Origin: Chitinophaga pinensis
GTDB taxonomy: Bacteria > Bacteroidota > Bacteroidia > Flavobacteriales > Flavobacteriaceae
Assembly: GCA_945873505.1 (NCBI GenBank)
Contig: CAMCDQ010000007.1
Span: forward strand, 3,653 to 67,652
Reading direction: 5' to 3'
DNA length: 64,000 nucleotides
In this document: positions 59,860-64,000 of the stretch, one piece after another
Layout of the letters: the number at the start of each line of letters is the position of its first letter
How positions within the stretch are numbered: position 1 is the first letter of the stretch
Translations under genes and position numbers: made by a program
The notes under the pieces: generated by a model
The model's database searches: none
What the model saw: only the letters and a program-made list of their open reading frames with translations
What the model was told of the DNA's origin: nothing

Positions 59860-60606
59860 ATGATGCTCATTCGCTATTTATCGCAAATCGGAAGATACTT
59901 TATAATGTGGAGAGAAATTTTCAAAAAACCAACAAAATGGTCGGTAATGAGAGTTCTTATTTTCAAAGAAATCGATGATTTAATTATTGGATCACTCGGA
60001 ATTGTAGCCTTCATTTCGTTCTTTGTTGGCGGTGTTGTTGCTATTCAAACCGCATTAAATTTGACCAATCCGTTAATTCCTAAAAATTTAATTGGTTTCG
60101 CAACAAGAGAATCTGTGATTTTAGAATTTGCACCCACTTTTATTTCCGTAGTTATGGCTGGAAAAATGGGTTCATTTATTACGTCAAGTATTGGTACAAT
60201 GCGTGTTACAGAACAAATCGATGCACTAGAAGTAATGGGCGTGAACGCTTTAAATTATTTGGTTTTTCCTAAATTAATGGCCTTGTTATTGTATCCCTTT
60301 TTAATTGGAATTTCAATGTTTATTGGTATTTTAGGAGGTTATATTGCTGCGGTTTATGGCGGTTTTGGTAGTGAAGCCGATTTTGTTGATGGTTTACAAC
60401 AACAATTTATTCCTTTTCACATTGCCTATGCTTTTATTAAAACCTTTCTTTTTGGTTTAATTTTAGCAACAATTCCTTCTTTTCATGGTTATTATATGAA
60501 AGGTGGCGCACTCGAAGTTGGTAAAGCAAGTACCGTCTCATTTGTTTGGGCATCGGTTACAATTATTGCAGTAAATTATATATTAACGCAACTTCTTTTG
60601 ACCTAA
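59860..60606 (+). CDS. mlaE: MlaE-family ABC permease
   Basis: EFAPT, SSIGTMRVTEQIDALEVMG, GALEVGKAST. Confidence 0.92.
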   Translation: MMLIRYLSQIGRYFIMWREIFKKPTKWSVMRVLIFKEIDDLIIGSLGIVAFISFFVGGVVAIQTALNLTNPLIPKNLIGFATRESVILEFAPTFISVVMAGKMGSFITSSIGTMRVTEQIDALEVMGVNALNYLVFPKLMALLLYPFLIGISMFIGILGGYIAAVYGGFGSEADFVDGLQQQFIPFHIAYAFIKTFLFGLILATIPSFHGYYMKGGALEVGKASTVSFVWASVTIIAVNYILTQLLLT

Positions 60607-61367
60607 TGATAGAAATAAAAAACATCGAAAAGTCATTTGGCGAAAGCAAAGTTTTGAAAGGCGTTTCTACGATTTTTGAAACTGGAAAAACCAATTTAAT
60701 CATAGGGCAAAGTGGTTCTGGAAAGACCGTTTTGCTTAAAAGTTTACTCGGAATTCATACGCCAGAAGTTGGAATAATTTCATTTGACGGCAGAATTTAT
60801 TCGCAATTATCAGCAGATGAAAAAAGAGAATTGAGAACAGAAATTGGAATGGTTTTTCAAGGAAGCGCACTTTTTGATTCAATGACCGTGTCTGAAAATG
60901 TTGGATTTCCTTTAAAAATGTTTACCAAAAATTCAAAATCTGAAATTCAAGATCGTGTAGATTTTGTTCTGAAAAGAGTCAATTTAGTCGATGCACACAC
61001 TAAATTTCCTGCCGAAATTTCAGGTGGAATGCAAAAACGGGTTGCCATTGCAAGAGCAATTGTAAACAATCCTAAGTATTTATTTTGTGACGAACCCAAT
61101 TCTGGTTTAGATCCAAATACTGCTATTTTAATTGATAATCTTATCAAAGAAATTACAGAAGAATACAATATTACGACTGTAATAAATACTCACGATATGA
61201 ATTCTGTCATGGAAATTGGCGAGAATATAATCTTCCTAAAAAACGGTTTAAAAGAATGGGAAGGAACCAAAGAAGAGATTTTCAGAACGGATAATCAAGC
61301 GATTGTTGATTTTGTATATTCTTCTAATCTATTTAAAAAAGTTCGAGAAGCGTATCTTAAAGGATAA
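60606..61367 (+). CDS. mlaF: MlaF-family ABC ATPase
   Basis: GQSGSGKT, ISGGMQKRVAIAR, CDEPNSGLDP; ATG at 60606 overlaps the mlaE stop (TAATG). Confidence 0.92.
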   Translation: MIEIKNIEKSFGESKVLKGVSTIFETGKTNLIIGQSGSGKTVLLKSLLGIHTPEVGIISFDGRIYSQLSADEKRELRTEIGMVFQGSALFDSMTVSENVGFPLKMFTKNSKSEIQDRVDFVLKRVNLVDAHTKFPAEISGGMQKRVAIARAIVNNPKYLFCDEPNSGLDPNTAILIDNLIKEITEEYNITTVINTHDMNSVMEIGENIIFLKNGLKEWEGTKEEIFRTDNQAIVDFVYSSNLFKKVREAYLKG

Positions 61368-61399
61368 AAAGGTGGAAACTTCAAATTTTTCGCCTTTTT

Positions 61400-61886
61400 T
61401 TATTGCTTAACTTTTAAACTTGCTACAATTCCTTCAATTTCTTGCTCTTTAGATTTTGGATAAATAAGCAAAACATTGTCTTTATCAACGACGATAAAAT
61501 CTTTCAAACCATCAATAATTACTAATTTATCTTTTGATGTACTGATAATATTACTTAAAGCGTTTTTTAATAAAACAGTTGCATTTACAACAGCATTATT
61601 ATTTTCATTTTATCTAATTTTTAGTGTAAGGAACCCCGATTTCCAAAGGCATTCCAATCGAAAGTTGCAGGTAAAACAGATACGTTTTTCGCTTTTTCTA
61701 ATACCGCATAATCAATAGAAACGTTTTCAGAATCGGCATAATTTTCATTAATAAAGTAAGTTTCTGAATTGGCTAACAGATTTTATTGGATTTTTAAAGA
61801 AGCATATAAAATACAAGGTGCTGTATTTCGCATTGCAGGTTCAAGCAAAACTTGTGCTTGTTTCACCATCGGCAATTTGTGTTCAT
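61400..61886 (-). pseudogene. manC: Degraded mannose-1-phosphate guanylyltransferase
   Basis: Fragments LEPAMRNTAPCILYASLKIQ*, ENVSIDYAVLEKAKNVSVLPATFDWNAFG..GSLH*, and VIIDGLKDFIVVDKDNVLLIYP; two in-frame TAA, frameshifts and large internal deletions. Confidence 0.9.
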
Positions 61887-61889
61887 TTT

Positions 61890-62489
61890 CTAATTGGTTA
61901 ATACCTCTACTTCGGCATTTGGATTAAATAAATAAATTCGACCTGAATTTACTTCTACGCATTCATATCTTTTCACTCTTAGTGCTATTTTTTTGAAAAT
62001 CTTTCCATTTGGAATTCTAAAAACACTGCCGTAAGCAATTTCAAAGACATAATTTTTATCGTTTTGTGCATCAAATTGTTTTAATGCCAATGATAATGTT
62101 GCATCGGTATCGCTACTCGCCGATGGATTTTTAAAATGTCTTGCTAATAAAGGTAATAAATTTGAGGGAAATATTTCAGGTCTAATAAAGGGAACCATCA
62201 TTATTTGAAAACTATATTTCCATTCATCTCCGTGAGGTTTTATTTTTCTTCCAAATTTTTCAAATGCCACTAAATGAGAAATTTCGTGAATTAATGTAAT
62301 CAGAAAACGGTATTTATTCAAACTCGCATTTACAGTAATTTCGTGTTTTCCATTCAGTCCTTTTCTATAATCGCCGTGACGCGTTACTCGTTCATTGACA
62401 ATCTTAAGGTGAACTTGATTGGCGACAATAAGATCAAATACTGGTTTTACAGCGTGTTCAGGAATATATTTTGACAATGTTTCGTTCAA
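61890..62489 (-). CDS. SprT-like (Spartan-type) zinc metalloprotease domain protein
   Basis: TLIHEISH (HExxH) and PHGDEWK; TTG start. Confidence 0.88.
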   Translation of the reverse strand: MNETLSKYIPEHAVKPVFDLIVANQVHLKIVNERVTRHGDYRKGLNGKHEITVNASLNKYRFLITLIHEISHLVAFEKFGRKIKPHGDEWKYSFQIMMVPFIRPEIFPSNLLPLLARHFKNPSASSDTDATLSLALKQFDAQNDKNYVFEIAYGSVFRIPNGKIFKKIALRVKRYECVEVNSGRIYLFNPNAEVEVLTN

Positions 62490-62501
62490 GAATGAAAATA
62501 A

Positions 62502-63179
62502 TTATGGGTTTGATGATGAAACTTGTAACACTTTTCCGTTGTAATATTTATTTCCTGATAAGGTAAAATCAAAAATATAATTTGCCATTTCAATTGCTGT
62601 TAATGGTGCTTTATATCCCGGAAATGCTTCTTCCAACATTTCTGTTTGAACGGAACCCAACGCCAAAACATTGAACGCTATTTCTCGTTCTTTATATTCT
62701 TCGGCAAGTAGTTCTGATAGCGTAATTATGGCGCCTTTACTGGAACTGTAAGCTGATAATCCAGCAAATTTTAAACTTCCTTGAATTCCTCCCATACTAC
62801 TTATCGTTACCACATGGCTTCCTTTTTGTAGCAATGGCAAACAAATTCGAGTTAAATTGGCAACTCCAAAAACATTTACTTTATAGATATTTTCGAATTC
62901 TTCGGGTGTAGTTTCTGAAAATGGTTTCAATAATAAAGCCCCTGCATTATGAACAATAGCGTCTATTTTTTTCCATGAAGTAGCTAAAAATTGTTCCACT
63001 TGCGTTAAATGTTCCTCTGTTGATAAATCTACGGAAAGACACGTTATATTGGGATTTTCAATTAATATTTGTGGTGTTTTTCGAGAAAGCGCCAAAACTT
63101 GATGACCAGCATTTGCAAATTGTAAAGCCAATTCAAAGCCAATTCCTCTTGAAGTTCCTGTAACTATAATGTTTTTCAT
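62502..63179 (-). CDS. Short-chain dehydrogenase/reductase
   Basis: TGTSRGIG, HNAG, YSSSK catalytic YxxxK. Confidence 0.93.
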   Translation of the reverse strand: MKNIIVTGTSRGIGFELALQFANAGHQVLALSRKTPQILIENPNITCLSVDLSTEEHLTQVEQFLATSWKKIDAIVHNAGALLLKPFSETTPEEFENIYKVNVFGVANLTRICLPLLQKGSHVVTISSMGGIQGSLKFAGLSAYSSSKGAIITLSELLAEEYKEREIAFNVLALGSVQTEMLEEAFPGYKAPLTAIEMANYIFDFTLSGNKYYNGKVLQVSSSNP

Positions 63180-63343
63180 ACCGCTAAATTAAATAAAATT
63201 TCATAAATAATACTTGGTTTTCACTATAGAATTTTTATTTTTTAAACAATTAATAATCTAAATCCTTTTGTAAATCAAAGTATTTCTAATCTTATTTTCT
63301 TATTTTTGACAAGCTTGAAATTATCCAAAGATATTAAAGTCTA

Positions 63344-64000
63344 ATGAAACGTTTTATATTTCTAATATTTATAGCAATGCCAATATTTGCAATGTCTCAA
63401 TCTGATTTTGAGAATGCGGAGAAATTATTCAACGCTAATAATTTTGAGCAATCTCGTATTTTATTTGAAAGTTACTTAAAAGATAATCCTAATAATTTCA
63501 AAACATTGGAATATTTAGGAGACATTGAAGGTCATAATAAATCGTGGGATAAGGCAATTTATTATTATAAAAAACTAAAACAACTCAAGCCATCAGAAGC
63601 AAATTATTATTATAAATATGGGGGCGTTTTAGGAATGAAAGCCAAATACAGCAACAAATTTGTTGCTCTTGGTATGATTTCAGATGTGAAAGCGGCGTTT
63701 GAAAAAGCAATTATTTTAAATCCAAAACACCTCGAAGCACGATGGGCATTGATTGAGTTGTATTTGCAATTGCCAGGATTTGTTGGTGGAAGCGAAAGAA
63801 AAGCACTAAATTATTCAAATGAAATAGCTCAAATCTCGGCAATTGACGGTTATCTGGCAAAAGGTCACATTGCAGAATATTTTGAAAGATATTTAGACGC
63901 AGAGAAATACTATAAAAAAGCAGTTGAAATTGGAAAATCGAAAAAAGCCTATCAAATTCTTGCCAACTTGTATAAAAACAAAATGCGACAACCAGAAAAA
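63344..64000 (+). CDS. Exported TPR protein, truncated by the window end (absent from the ORF track)
   Basis: Open frame MKRFIFLIFIAMPIFAMSQSDFENAEKLF...LEYLGDIEG...ANYYYKYGGVLG...EARWALIELY; no stop before 64000. Confidence 0.85.
   Translation, partial: MKRFIFLIFIAMPIFAMSQSDFENAEKLFNANNFEQSRILFESYLKDNPNNFKTLEYLGDIEGHNKSWDKAIYYYKKLKQLKPSEANYYYKYGGVLGMKAKYSNKFVALGMISDVKAAFEKAIILNPKHLEARWALIELYLQLPGFVGGSERKALNYSNEIAQISAIDGYLAKGHIAEYFERYLDAEKYYKKAVEIGKSKKAYQILANLYKNKMRQPEK

Noticed and set aside
310-61168. The many short overlapping ORFs in the track (e.g. 310-537, 1074-1277, 22153-25790 plus-strand set, 31230-31734)
   Set aside because: They lie antisense or out of frame within well-supported genes and show no recognisable motifs
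61476-61718. 80-aa plus-strand ORF
   Set aside because: Antisense shadow of the manC pseudogene
61890-62489. Gliding/T9SS gene sprT (PorT homologue)
   Set aside because: This is an HExxH SprT-like protease domain, a name clash; it is not a beta-barrel

Overview
AT-rich chromosomal window of a Flavobacterium-like Bacteroidota genome (T9SS C-terminal domains, TAnnTTTG promoters, Sec signal peptides followed by Gln). Most of it is housekeeping: fabH, ribF, kmo, an exbB-exbD-exbD-tonB operon, queE, metK, folC, gdh, anmK, obgE, adk, hpt, purK/purE, gcvP and mlaE/F. The main exception is a ~8.7 kb accessory block (about 20870-29640) downstream of the 3' end of tRNA-Val(TAC). It holds a membrane-anchored AraC regulator divergent from a coupled four-gene operon: (i) a 162-aa protein that is essentially a T9SS C-terminal domain, (ii) a small outer-membrane beta-barrel, (iii) a 1774-aa phage-tail-fibre-like protein with a host signal peptide, internal DNA repeats and a C-terminal S74 autocleaving chaperone but no T9SS signal, and (iv) a phage-like LamG lectin. 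No other phage genes or integrase are present, so I infer a domesticated phage-fibre surface-adhesin system. Also found: a SAM-II-type riboswitch with a rival helix before metK, a DUF1800/DUF1501 pair with both Tat and T9SS signals, an unannotated manC pseudogene, Flavo-1-like dispersed repeats and short tandem-repeat tracts in intergenic DNA. All calls come from motif reading; no database searches were run.
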